In this document: positions 55,672-64,000 of the stretch, one piece after another
How positions within the stretch are numbered: position 1 is the stretch's first letter
Layout: each line of letters opens with the position of its first letter
Sequence record: NZ_CP124633.1
From: a plasmid
Length of the DNA: 64,000 bases
Strand: one strand, 5' to 3'
The notes under the pieces: model-generated
Databases searched by the model: none
The model's input: the letters and a program-made list of their open reading frames with translations, nothing else
What the model was told of the DNA's origin: nothing
Made by a program: the position numbers and the translations under genes

Positions 55672-57591
55672 CTATAGCCCGCGCGGGTTGTCGAAGTCAG
55701 GTTGGCCGTTCTTGGTGGGATAGCTGACTTTGCAGCCGGTGGTGCGATAGCCGCTGCAGCCCCAGAAGTCGAAGCCGCTCTTGCCGGCTTTCTTGCGGTG
55801 GACCAGGGGCAGACCGCACTTGCCGCAGAGGAAGTCACTGGCCGGCGCCGTGGGAGCGCTGGCGGTAGAGCTTGCTCGCGGGTCGCCCTGTGCGCTGGGA
55901 TGCGCGCGCAGCGTCTGCAGCTCTGACTGCAGGAGCTGGTAGAACTGCTGGACCACGTTCATGTAGGTGTCCTCGCTGTTGGCGATCCGGTCCAAGGCGA
56001 CCTCGAGGTTGCGGGTGAAATCGAGGCTGAGGAAGCTGAAGTTGTGCTCCAGGAGCGCGATGGTGGCCTCGCCCAGCTCGCCGGGGACCAGGCTTCGCCC
56101 CTTCATCTGCACCTGGCCTTTGTCGATGATGTTCTTCACGATCGAGGCGTAGGAGGATGGCCGACCAATCCCGCGGCGCTTCATCTCGCCCACCAGGCTG
56201 GCATCGGTGAAGCGTTTGGGAGGGGTGGTTTTCTTCTCCAGGACCTCGCCGCTGTAGACCTTGAGTATCTGGCCTGGCTCCAGCGCCGGGATGGGGCTTG
56301 AAGGCGTTTCGTTCTTTTGCTCCTCGGCATCATCGCCCTGCAGCAATTTTCTCCAGCCAGGCACGTTCAACAGCTTCCCTTTGGCGCCGAAGCGCAGCGG
56401 CTTTTTGTCGGGGCCGACGCCCAGGAGGGTGATGGTTCTCACTGCGTACACGGCAGCTTCGATCTGGCTGGCAAGCGCGCGAACTCGAATGAGCTGGTAC
56501 AGCGCCTGCTCATCAGCAGTTTCACCGGCGGTAGCGGCCATCCAGTCGGTAGGGGTGATAGCGGGGTGGCCTTCCTGAGCGTCTTGGTCCGCTTTGAACA
56601 TTCGCTGTTGCTCTACACACTTCAGCCCCAAGGCTTTGGCGACAGCACGGATATCCGGCATCGAGTCCTTCGAAATATTGGGGTTGTCCGTTCGGTGGTA
56701 AGTGATGAGCCCCTGTTCATACAGCCGCTGGGCGACTTTCATCGTCTTGTCGGGTGACCACTTCAGTGCATTTCCGGCTGCCATCTGGAGCGAAGAGGAG
56801 ATGAACGGTGCCGGAGGCGTATCGGTTTCTTCGCCATCAATGCAGGTCTCGACGATCACATTGCGTATAGCCCCCACCAGTTCTGCGAGTTGACGATCCT
56901 GGACATACGGAAATTCCTTGCTGGCAAACGTGGGCACTGGATCCCACTCCGCCTTCCAGGTGCGGCCGTCGCTGGGCGAAACGAAGGCCAGTTCCACCCC
57001 GAAATGCTTGATTGGTGTGAAGGCGCGAATCTCCCGCTCTCGCAGGACCACCAGGTACACAGCGACGGACTGCACGCGCCCGGCGGTGGTTGGCCTGCCC
57101 ATCACGCGCCGCAACTCTGGCGTGACCAGATATCCCACCAGGCGATCGATGACGCGACGGCATTCCTGCGAGGCGACCTTCGGGAGGTCCAGGCGACGCG
57201 GCGAGCTGAGTTCGGCGCTGATGCATGACTTGGTGATCTCTTTGAAGGCAACGCGCTTGTAGTTCTTGATCCCGGCAGCCTGGAGTATGTGCCAGCCGAT
57301 GCTTTCGCCTTCCCGATCCGGGTCGGATGCGACGTAGACTTCCACGGCTTTCTGCCGCAGCTCCTGCAGCCGTGCGACGATTTTTTCCTTGCCCGAAAGG
57401 ATCTGGTAGTGGGGTTTGAAATCCTGGCCTACGCCGACGGTGAGCATCTGCGGATCCTGGCCGTGAACGGGTAGGTCTCTGATGTGACCGGCAGTCGCTT
57501 CGACCTGCCAGGTCACGTCGGGACGAATGGAGGGGAGAAGGGACCGCAGCTTTTTCAGCTTGCCCGGGGCTTCAATGATTACAAGGTGCAT
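55672..57591 (-). CDS. topB: DNA topoisomerase III.
   Basis: Toprim start MHLVIIEAPGK. Type IA topoisomerase core. C-terminal Zn ribbon CGKCG...WGCSGYRTTGC. Confidence 0.85.
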   Translation of the reverse strand: MHLVIIEAPGKLKKLRSLLPSIRPDVTWQVEATAGHIRDLPVHGQDPQMLTVGVGQDFKPHYQILSGKEKIVARLQELRQKAVEVYVASDPDREGESIGWHILQAAGIKNYKRVAFKEITKSCISAELSSPRRLDLPKVASQECRRVIDRLVGYLVTPELRRVMGRPTTAGRVQSVAVYLVVLREREIRAFTPIKHFGVELAFVSPSDGRTWKAEWDPVPTFASKEFPYVQDRQLAELVGAIRNVIVETCIDGEETDTPPAPFISSSLQMAAGNALKWSPDKTMKVAQRLYEQGLITYHRTDNPNISKDSMPDIRAVAKALGLKCVEQQRMFKADQDAQEGHPAITPTDWMAATAGETADEQALYQLIRVRALASQIEAAVYAVRTITLLGVGPDKKPLRFGAKGKLLNVPGWRKLLQGDDAEEQKNETPSSPIPALEPGQILKVYSGEVLEKKTTPPKRFTDASLVGEMKRRGIGRPSSYASIVKNIIDKGQVQMKGRSLVPGELGEATIALLEHNFSFLSLDFTRNLEVALDRIANSEDTYMNVVQQFYQLLQSELQTLRAHPSAQGDPRASSTASAPTAPASDFLCGKCGLPLVHRKKAGKSGFDFWGCSGYRTTGCKVSYPTKNGQPDFDNPRGL

Positions 57592-57706
57592 CGTCGGAGT
57601 CTCTCGGAACAGTCGGTCGAACTGTCGCGATTAGTGAGTGGGCCAACAATGAGAAATGAACGGTGCGTTGTTGCAGTTTTCGGGAGGTGCTGTAGAGCGG
57701 GATCGA

Positions 57707-57904
57707 TCAGAAATCGAGCTGCTGTTGCTGCTCCTGGGCAAACCCTTTCAACCAGGACGCCCGCATCGCAGGATGACTGTAGGGGCAGTCGAACACCCGT
57801 AGCCCTTTCCGCGCGGCCTCAGCACCAATAGCCCGTACAGTCCGGTGGGGATCGTTGAAGTGTCGTCTGTCCAGCTTGTCGGTACCGGTCGCTTTCTTTG
57901 ACAC
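57707..57904 (-). CDS. Ribosome-modulation-factor (RMF)-like small protein; start uncertain.
   Basis: ...DPHRTVRAIGAEAARKGLRVFDCPYSHPAMRASWLKGFAQEQ lines up by eye with RMF (...ERAHQRGYQAGIAGRSKEMCPYQ...RSQWLGGWREA). Proposed GTG start at 57902-57904 with a GAGGTG RBS. The track start lies inside a direct repeat. Confidence 0.4.
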   Translation of the reverse strand: MSKKATGTDKLDRRHFNDPHRTVRAIGAEAARKGLRVFDCPYSHPAMRASWLKGFAQEQQQQLDF

Positions 57905-57945
57905 ACTGCACCTCGTACTGGTCGAGATTTCCGAATCGGAAGTTC

Positions 57946-58390
57946 TTGCCACCAGCAACTTCACGAACGGGCGGCCAAAATTAAGGATGCTGGTTCATCA
58001 GCTGTTTCCGGTATAACTGATCATGTTGGTTGCTCCAGTCGCTGGAATGCTTGTCGATGTTGCGGGCGGCGAAGAATGGTTCTAGCCACCTGCAACTTCA
58101 CGAGTGGGCGCGGTAAATTAAGACCGGCGTTTCACCGTCGCTTCGGCAATGCGCTGAGCCACTCGGATGAAGGTCGCTCGATCTTCTTCCTCCATAAGCG
58201 CCATGCACTTCAGTACGGAGATCTCGTCGGCGCTGAGGGGAGGCCTGGTCAACGGCTCTGGGCAATGTGAACCTGCTTGGTCATCTTTCCTGTTCATGGC
58301 GGATTTCCTGTCGGGCGAGTCTTTGTAGAGGCTGCGGGCGGCGAAGAGTAGTGCTTGCCACCCGCAGCTTCACGAATGGGCGGCCAAAAA
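57946..58390. repeat. Three spaced direct repeats of about 45 bp between topB and ssb.
   Basis: R1 57946-57985, R2 58076-58120, R3 58345-58390. Consensus TGCCACC-N-GCARCTTCACGARYGGGCGG-N2-AAAATTAAG, each with a conserved GCGGGCGGCGAAGA prefix. Confidence 0.7.
58118..58297 (-). CDS. Small acidic hypothetical protein (59 aa).
   Basis: RBS GACAGGAAATCC before the ATG. Flanked by direct-repeat copies R2 and R3. Confidence 0.3.
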   Translation of the reverse strand: MNRKDDQAGSHCPEPLTRPPLSADEISVLKCMALMEEEDRATFIRVAQRIAEATVKRRS

Positions 58391-58402
58391 TTAAGCCACC
58401 TG

Positions 58403-58891
58403 TTACATGGGGATGTCGTCGTCGAAGGCGCTGTCGTAGTCCTGCTGCGAGCGCGCATCCTGCTGAGTAGGTTGCGGCGGCACCTGCCGAGTCTGCTGAT
58501 GCTGGGTCGATTGGCCATTGGTCGACGGCAACAGGGTGACCTCGGCCAGGCGATGCGGAAGGATGGAAATGCGCGAGGCTTCGACCTTCAGCGCCTGGAC
58601 TTCTTCGCCTGACTCTTTGTCGGGCCAGCGGTCCATGATCGCCCGGCCTTCGACCTTGACGCGCATCCCTTTCGCGAACAGTTCGGCGAAACGCTGGGCA
58701 TCCTGATGCCACCACTCGACGCTGCACCAGAAGCCGCCGCGATCCTTGTAGCCACCTTGGCCATCGGGAATCGAGTTGTCGAACATCACGTTCAGTCGCA
58801 GCAACTGCCGCGGGGGATTGTTGCCGTTCGGGAAGCTGCGGTGCTCCGGCGCCGAGCCGATGTTGCCTTCCCAGAAGACGGGGGTAGCCAT
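58403..58891 (-). CDS. ssb: Single-stranded DNA-binding protein.
   Basis: OB-fold core. Gln/Pro-rich tail ending in the acidic DDDIPM. Confidence 0.85.
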   Translation of the reverse strand: MATPVFWEGNIGSAPEHRSFPNGNNPPRQLLRLNVMFDNSIPDGQGGYKDRGGFWCSVEWWHQDAQRFAELFAKGMRVKVEGRAIMDRWPDKESGEEVQALKVEASRISILPHRLAEVTLLPSTNGQSTQHQQTRQVPPQPTQQDARSQQDYDSAFDDDIPM

Positions 58892-58920
58892 GATGAATCT
58901 CCAGTCGGTTGAGTCGGGGG

Positions 58921-59751
58921 TTAGTGGGTGGAGCGTGGTTTGAAGGGGGAGCGAGTGGCGCGGCTGGCCACGTACCCGAGCAGTTCACGGGTTTGCCGAG
59001 CCGTTGCAGCCAAGGTGTTGGCCATGTGCTCCTTGAACACTTCGCTGGCCAGCTTTTCGACGCCGCTGTCGTAAAGGGAGTTGAACAGCAGCTCCGCGTC
59101 ATGAGCGGAGCGCAGCAAGCCGTAGAGCAGGTCCTTGGCGATGGAGGAGCCGGCCACGCTGGGCAAGGACTTGGCGGCCACACCTTCACCGATGATCTGC
59201 CCCTGGAGGAAGTTCAGGGCCTGCTTGATCTGCTCGGGATTCGCCGCGTCCAAGGACTCGACGGCCAGGTAGTTGCATACGACCTGTTCTGTCCTGGGTC
59301 GGGCCGGCTCGCCGAGGGTGTGGTCGCGCATCAGGTCGAGGGTCTTGATAGCGAACTGGAGCAGGTGGTTGTGGCTGAGGATCTCGGGTTGCTCGATGAT
59401 CGCCTGTTCCATCTTGTTGAAGGCGTTGATGTAAGCGACCTTCCAGTGCATAGCCTCCTTGCCAGTGAACCCCATGCAGAGAAGGGTGAAGCCGTCGCGA
59501 GTCATGCGCACGTATGGCTCTGGCCTGTTGTTCGCTCCTGTGCGGGAACACTCCTCAAAATTGAGGAGTGCAAAATCCTCGGGACATTCCAAGTTTTTGA
59601 TATCCCGTAACACGTTGTCGTGCCTCTTCCGAAAATGCTTGGCGACGTCGAGGCTGGTCGTGGTGGGCTTGCCGCCGATGATCTCGACGCTGACCTCGGT
59701 GGAGGGCTGGGCTTTGGTGTTGGAAACGGTCTTGCTGCTGATGTTGCTCAT
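58921..59751 (-). CDS. Rha-family phage-type regulatory protein.
   Basis: Start MSNISSK at 59749-59751 with a GGAG RBS. ...SLDVAKHFRKRHDNVLRDI... The track start adds an Arg/Pro-rich extension. Confidence 0.6.
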   Translation of the reverse strand: MSNISSKTVSNTKAQPSTEVSVEIIGGKPTTTSLDVAKHFRKRHDNVLRDIKNLECPEDFALLNFEECSRTGANNRPEPYVRMTRDGFTLLCMGFTGKEAMHWKVAYINAFNKMEQAIIEQPEILSHNHLLQFAIKTLDLMRDHTLGEPARPRTEQVVCNYLAVESLDAANPEQIKQALNFLQGQIIGEGVAAKSLPSVAGSSIAKDLLYGLLRSAHDAELLFNSLYDSGVEKLASEVFKEHMANTLAATARQTRELLGYVASRATRSPFKPRSTH

Positions 59752-59798
59752 GTTGTCTCTCCGTTGGTGATCGTTTCGTCGAAGGTAGAGCGGTACAG

Positions 59799-60347
59799 CT
59801 ACATGCCCACGGAACCAGGGCGGGTCTGACTCTGCTGCAGTCGGCCCATGAACTCGGCCTCGGCCTGGCCCATCTTTTCCGCGCACTCGGCGGCCTGCTT
59901 GCCGATGGAGTGGATCAGGCTGATCTGCATGTTGAGGGTGATGCGCTGCAGCTCCATCTCGTAGAGGTCTTGCAGCAGGTATTCCGGGGTCTTGTCCTGG
60001 CGCAGCATTTCCGCCCACACCCCGACGCCCATCCGCCGGGTTGCAATGTGCTGCCAGCGAAGAAAGGTGGTGCGGGCGGATGTGCGCTGCTCGATGAGTC
60101 GGGTGGGCAGTAGAGTGAAGGGTGGGCGACGAACCTGGGCCAGCAGTCCCTGGGCAAGTTCAAGCAATCCCTGCTCCAGGACTTCGCACTGTTCCGCCAA
60201 CTGGGCCAGCTCCCCCTTACCTTTAAAAGGCTTTAAAAGGCCTTTTAGTGAGGCACTGTGTTGCAGCGCCTGGAAGGCAGTTTGTTGCAGTGGGCGGAAG
60301 GCACTTTGTTGCAGAGCGCCTTGCTGGTCCTTATCGAGCTGCCGCAT
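59799..60347 (-). CDS. Hypothetical coiled-coil protein with an N-terminal LQQxAF repeat.
   Basis: 182 aa. The 5' end contains three DNA direct repeats and the palindrome AAAAGGCCTTTT. Confidence 0.4.
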   Translation of the reverse strand: MRQLDKDQQGALQQSAFRPLQQTAFQALQHSASLKGLLKPFKGKGELAQLAEQCEVLEQGLLELAQGLLAQVRRPPFTLLPTRLIEQRTSARTTFLRWQHIATRRMGVGVWAEMLRQDKTPEYLLQDLYEMELQRITLNMQISLIHSIGKQAAECAEKMGQAEAEFMGRLQQSQTRPGSVGM

Positions 60348-60352
60348 TCCGA

Positions 60353-61081
60353 TCAGTCCTCGAGCTCGACACGGTCAGCGTCATCATCGGCATCACTGTC
60401 AGAGCGGCCCCGGGTGATCGGCGGAGCGAAGTTCGAGCGTCGGGTGCCCTCCAGGATGTCCTGCGGGATCTCGCCGAACTTCTCGTACATCTTCCGCGCG
60501 GCTTCGGCGCGAGCATTGTTTGCGGCGAAGTCGTCGCGAGTAGCGCCCGAGAACTGGTAGCTCTGGGCCAGACCAAAGAGGCTGCGCAGCACCGACGCAC
60601 CTTCGTCGAGCCAGACCTCCATGTCGCGGCGACCGACCAGCCCGACGTGCTGGGCCAGCAGGATTCGACGGGCGAGTTCGTCGTAGTTGGTCAGGAGATA
60701 GACTGCCTTGAAGCCGAGAGGGTTGGAGATGAACAACGGGACCTTGACCGGTGTGACGGACAGGTTCTCGGAGATATCGAGGGTCGCTGGCAGCTTGGCC
60801 ATGACGTCATCCAGCCGCTGGTCGATGGCCTTGAGTGCGGCTTGGCAGATCTCGACTTTCTCTTCGATCTGAACCAGCCACCAGTCGGAGTACGGATCGT
60901 CCTGTGCCGCCCCGCGGTGCATGCGATTCACGTAGGCGCAGAAGCCGGAGAGGCCGAGGATGCTGTGCTTGGCATCCGACTTCTGCCTGCCTGTCCAGAT
61001 GCGGGCGGCGTGATAGGTGTGAAGCGTCAGGGCGACATCGCTGCGGAGAGAGCCGATCTGAAGCCGATGGGTTTCAGCCAT
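60353..61081 (-). CDS. ICE protein (PFL_4669-like).
   Basis: Start MAETHRLQIGSL at 61079-61081 with an AGGAA RBS. Acidic C-terminus. Confidence 0.45.
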   Translation of the reverse strand: MAETHRLQIGSLRSDVALTLHTYHAARIWTGRQKSDAKHSILGLSGFCAYVNRMHRGAAQDDPYSDWWLVQIEEKVEICQAALKAIDQRLDDVMAKLPATLDISENLSVTPVKVPLFISNPLGFKAVYLLTNYDELARRILLAQHVGLVGRRDMEVWLDEGASVLRSLFGLAQSYQFSGATRDDFAANNARAEAARKMYEKFGEIPQDILEGTRRSNFAPPITRGRSDSDADDDADRVELED

Positions 61082-61439
61082 GGTGCAGTGTTCCTTTATA
61101 GGGAAGGGGTTCGGCCACATCGTGCTGATCGGGGTAGGAGCGCGCAGTAGGAAATACATGGTTCGCCGCTGGGGTATTTCCGCTGGCAGTGCGGGTTCAT
61201 CATCATCCCGCTTGCGGCTCATGGAGGTTGGCTTCCTTCAGCTCTTGGCCCCCTCGGGGGCGTTGTCTATCGCTACGTCGACGCAACTTTTGAGCTTGCC
61301 GAGCAGCTCGCTCAGTTCCTGCAGCTCCGTAAAGTCGATAGGCCATTCATCGTTGTCGTTGAATAGGGTTGCCAGCCCTAGCAGCCGCTCGAATTCGAGT
61401 TCGTCCATAGGGGCATACACGATTGAGTCGCACATCTTT

Positions 61440-62412
61440 TCGGTTCCTATTGGGTGGGAGAAGTTGATAGCCGCCACCGGCGCCGAAGTCAGTTCCTGGT
61501 GGAGTGGTTCCAGTGGAACCACCCAACTCGCCGCCGGCGCCGAAGTCAGTTCCTGGTGAAGTGGTTCCAGTGGAACCACCCAACTCGCCGTCGGCGCCGA
61601 AGTCAGTTCCTAGTGGAGTGGTTCCAGTGGAACCACCCAACTCGCCGCCGGCGCCGAAGTCAGTTCCTGGTGAAGTGGTGCCAGTGGCACCACCCAGCTC
61701 GTCGACGGCGCCGAGGCCTGGTCCTGGCGGAGTGTTGCCAGTGGCAACACCCAGCTCGCCGTCGGCGCCGAAGTCAGTTCCTGGTGAAGTGGTTCCAGTG
61801 GAACCACCCAACTCGCCACCGGCGCGGAGGTCGGTTCCTGGTGAAGTGGTGCCAGTGGCACCACCCAGCTCGTCGACGGCGCCGAGGCCTGGTCCTGGCG
61901 GAGTGTTGCCAGTGGCAACACCCAGCTCGTCGACGGCGCCGAGGCCTGGTCCTGGCGGAGTGTTGCCAGTGGCAACACCCAGCTCGCCGCCGGCGCTGGG
62001 GTCGGTCCCTGGTGGGGTGATTCCAGTGGAACCACCCAACTCGCCGTCGGCGCCGAAGTCAGTTCCTGGTGGAGTGGTTCCAGTGGAACCACCCAACTCG
62101 CCGCCGGCGCCGAAGTCAGTTCCTGGTGGAGTGGTTCCAGTGGAACCACCCAACTCGCCACCGGCGCGGAGGTCGGTTCCTGGTGAAGTGGTGCCAGTGG
62201 CACCACCCAGCTCGTCGACGGCGCCGAGGCCTGGTCCTGGCGGAGTGTTGCCAGTGGCACCACCCAGCTCGCCGCCGGCGCTGGGGTCGGTCCCTGGTGG
62301 GGTGATTCCAGTGGAATCACCCAACTCCTCGACGGCGCCGAGGTCGATCCTTGGCAGAGTGTTTCCACTGGAAACACCCAGTTCGCCACCGGTGCCGAGG
62401 TCAGGACCTGGC
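61440..62412. repeat. About 17 tandem 57-bp direct repeats; candidate pKLC102-type oriV iteron array, alternatively the coding repeats of a Gly-rich protein.
   Basis: Unit is approximately GGTGGAACCACCCAACTCGCCGCCGGCGCCGAAGTCAGTTCCTGGTGGAGTGGTTCCAGT with variants. All six frames stay open across the array. One minus-strand frame has an ATG at 62466-62468 coupled by ATGA to the upstream gene, giving (GGELGGSTGTTPPGTDFGA)n. Confidence 0.8.
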
Positions 62413-62464
62413 AGAGTGATGCGGGCCGCATCACCAAAAAACACGACGCCCGACCGAGACTTTC

Positions 62465-63796
62465 TCATGGCTCATCACCCCGCTCGGATGGCACGCTCGA
62501 TCCGTGCCTGGGCCGAATGAGGTCCTTGAGCCGGCTGAGGACTTCGTTCCCTGTCCGGGTATCCCCCTTCGGCTGAACCTGAGGCTGTGTAGGCGTTGTG
62601 GGGCTTGGTGGTGCCGGAGCACGACTGGGGCGTTCCGCTGCTGGGATGGTTCGTTCAGCCGGTTCTTCCGGAGCCCAAGAAGCGTTGAACTTTCCCTGGA
62701 CTGCACGCTGGATGAGCGTCATGAGGTAGCCGAACGGATTACCGACGGTTCCGCCGGCACATCGGTGCCGCCACTGCTCGATGATGGGTAGCCGAAGCTC
62801 CTCGGACACCCGTCGGAGCGCGCTTACCGCCTGGAACCGTTGCTCGCCCTCCAGTCCGTTCAGGAGATCCTGCCAGTTCGGATGTGCTTCCTCGCGTGTT
62901 CGCGGTTGTACTGGTTTTTTAAATACAGAATCTTGTTTGTATGTATACGTACTATATGAGTTCGGCATCCGAACCAAGGGCGTACTCGGCGGATTCTGTC
63001 TGGGTTCGGCATCCGAACTCAGCGGTAAAGCGCATTGCTTGCCGCTGATTTCACTGAGTTCGGCATCCGAACTCGGGGTTGAATGAGGTAGATCGGGCAG
63101 AGTTCGGATGCCGAACTCTGCCGCTGGATCTGCTTCGAGCTGACTATCGATAGCCCATTGCTGGTGGTTCAAGCGTCCCTCGAGCTTCTCCAGATGGGTT
63201 GGGAGGCGGCGACCAACGTCCGGGTCATCCCTGAACTCCCGCCATGTGACCTGGCCGATTTCGCGTATGGCTCGGTTGCTGTCGCCGGTGGACTGGCTCA
63301 GCAACTGCATGTAGTCGGGGTCCAGCTCCAGGGCTTCTGCCGGGGATACCGGTTCGTCGTGGAGGATGTAGACGTTGCCCTGTACTTGCCCGTTGAGGTC
63401 GTTGCGCAGGCGACGGCCGAGACTGAGCCAGCGTGTCAACCGAAGGACCTTGAGTGCCTTGGCGATGGTTTCGCGCGAGGCGATCTTACCCGGCTGCATG
63501 CCGAGATAAGGGCGTAGTTGCTCGTATGTAGGGAACGCGGTCAGCCCGTCGTCGTTGATGAGCAAGCGGAACACTTGCCAGCAGTTCCGCTCCAGCGGGG
63601 TGAGGCGTTTATCCAGCAGCAGGCGCCGAGGAACGGTTTCATGCGGGTTGCCGCTGAAAATGATGCCGGAATATTGTTGAGCCAGCGGTTCGCCGCTCTC
63701 GGCATCAAGCCGCTTCTTAAACAAGTGGGCCTCGAGATGTCCCGAGGCCGAGTCCAGCAGAGTCGAAATGGGAAAGCGCGACAGCCTCATTGTCAT
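62465..63796 (-). CDS. STY4528-like ICE/pathogenicity-island replication protein.
   Basis: 443 aa, starting MTMRLSRFPISTLLD. Conserved C-terminal block ...NPFGYLMTLIQRAVQGKF.... Contains an internal AT-rich tract and four 19-bp palindromes. Confidence 0.55.
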   Translation of the reverse strand: MTMRLSRFPISTLLDSASGHLEAHLFKKRLDAESGEPLAQQYSGIIFSGNPHETVPRRLLLDKRLTPLERNCWQVFRLLINDDGLTAFPTYEQLRPYLGMQPGKIASRETIAKALKVLRLTRWLSLGRRLRNDLNGQVQGNVYILHDEPVSPAEALELDPDYMQLLSQSTGDSNRAIREIGQVTWREFRDDPDVGRRLPTHLEKLEGRLNHQQWAIDSQLEADPAAEFGIRTLPDLPHSTPSSDAELSEISGKQCALPLSSDAEPRQNPPSTPLVRMPNSYSTYTYKQDSVFKKPVQPRTREEAHPNWQDLLNGLEGEQRFQAVSALRRVSEELRLPIIEQWRHRCAGGTVGNPFGYLMTLIQRAVQGKFNASWAPEEPAERTIPAAERPSRAPAPPSPTTPTQPQVQPKGDTRTGNEVLSRLKDLIRPRHGSSVPSERGDEP

Positions 63797-64000
63797 GGTG
63801 TCGTATCGCCTTCGGACTGAACCAGGTTGAGGAGTTGCTGCTGCGCAGACTCAATCTCCAAGCGGGGGCTCTGTGGCGGGTGAGCCGTAGGCGAGGGGAG
63901 GTGAGCGCTGACGTTGGCCAGGTAAAGGGTGGCGGGCTTGGCCTGTTCTTTCCTGTTTGGTTGGTAGAGGCTGTCTTTCAACCAGCTCTGGATGAGAGAC
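63793..64000 (-). CDS. Hypothetical protein, partial (runs off the right edge).
   Basis: Frame is open from 63793 to the end of the window. ATGA overlap with the STY4528-like start. Confidence 0.3.
   Translation of the reverse strand, partial: SLIQSWLKDSLYQPNRKEQAKPATLYLANVSAHLPSPTAHPPQSPRLEIESAQQQLLNLVQSEGDTTP

Noticed and set aside
61440-62412. CRISPR array
   Set aside because: The 57-bp units are directly contiguous with no unique spacers. No cas genes are nearby.
62900-63125. Splitting the 443-aa STY4528-like ORF into two genes around the AT-rich/palindrome segment
   Set aside because: No plausible start codon (ATG/GTG/TTG) lies after the segment in the same frame. The single ORF is retained, with the DNA elements embedded.

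Overview
High-GC (~63%) 64-kb segment of a Pseudomonas-type integrative conjugative element (ICE) of the PFGI-1/PAPI-1/pKLC102/ICEclc family; almost every gene is on the minus strand. Seen directly, from right to left: (1) a partial STY4528-like replication protein whose gene carries an AT-rich tract and 19-bp palindromes; (2) 17 tandem 57-bp repeats that look like a pKLC102-type oriV; (3) Rha-family regulator, ssb, topoisomerase III, a ParB-nuclease-like protein and an SNF2 helicase with a large partner; (4) a HigBA-like toxin-antitoxin pair on the plus strand; (5) a complete type IVB conjugative pilus cluster (pilL-N-O-P-Q-R-S-T-V-M); (6) a block of small genes, each preceded by a copy of a conserved structured leader element; (7) an N6-adenine methyltransferase plus SNF2 helicase pair; (8) a low-GC cargo island with an IS3 transposase remnant and a TcmP / Gp37-Gp68(DUF5131) / TcmP cassette of unknown function, the most novel candidate system in the window; (9) TraD coupling protein, UvrD-like helicase, lytic transglycosylase and an AT-rich cargo carrying a tandem-repeat protein; (10) the conserved MPF-G conjugation module (RAQPRD protein, TraC/VirB4-like ATPase, DsbA-like protein, partial TraG-like membrane protein at the left edge). 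Several conserved genes carry single-base frame disruptions (pilL, the Gp37/Gp68 gene, a conjugal lipoprotein with no start codon, a TIGR03746-like pair, the repeat-protein gene). No rRNA, tRNA or CRISPR array was recognised by eye. Family names such as TIGR037xx are recalled from gene order and sequence motifs, not from a database search.
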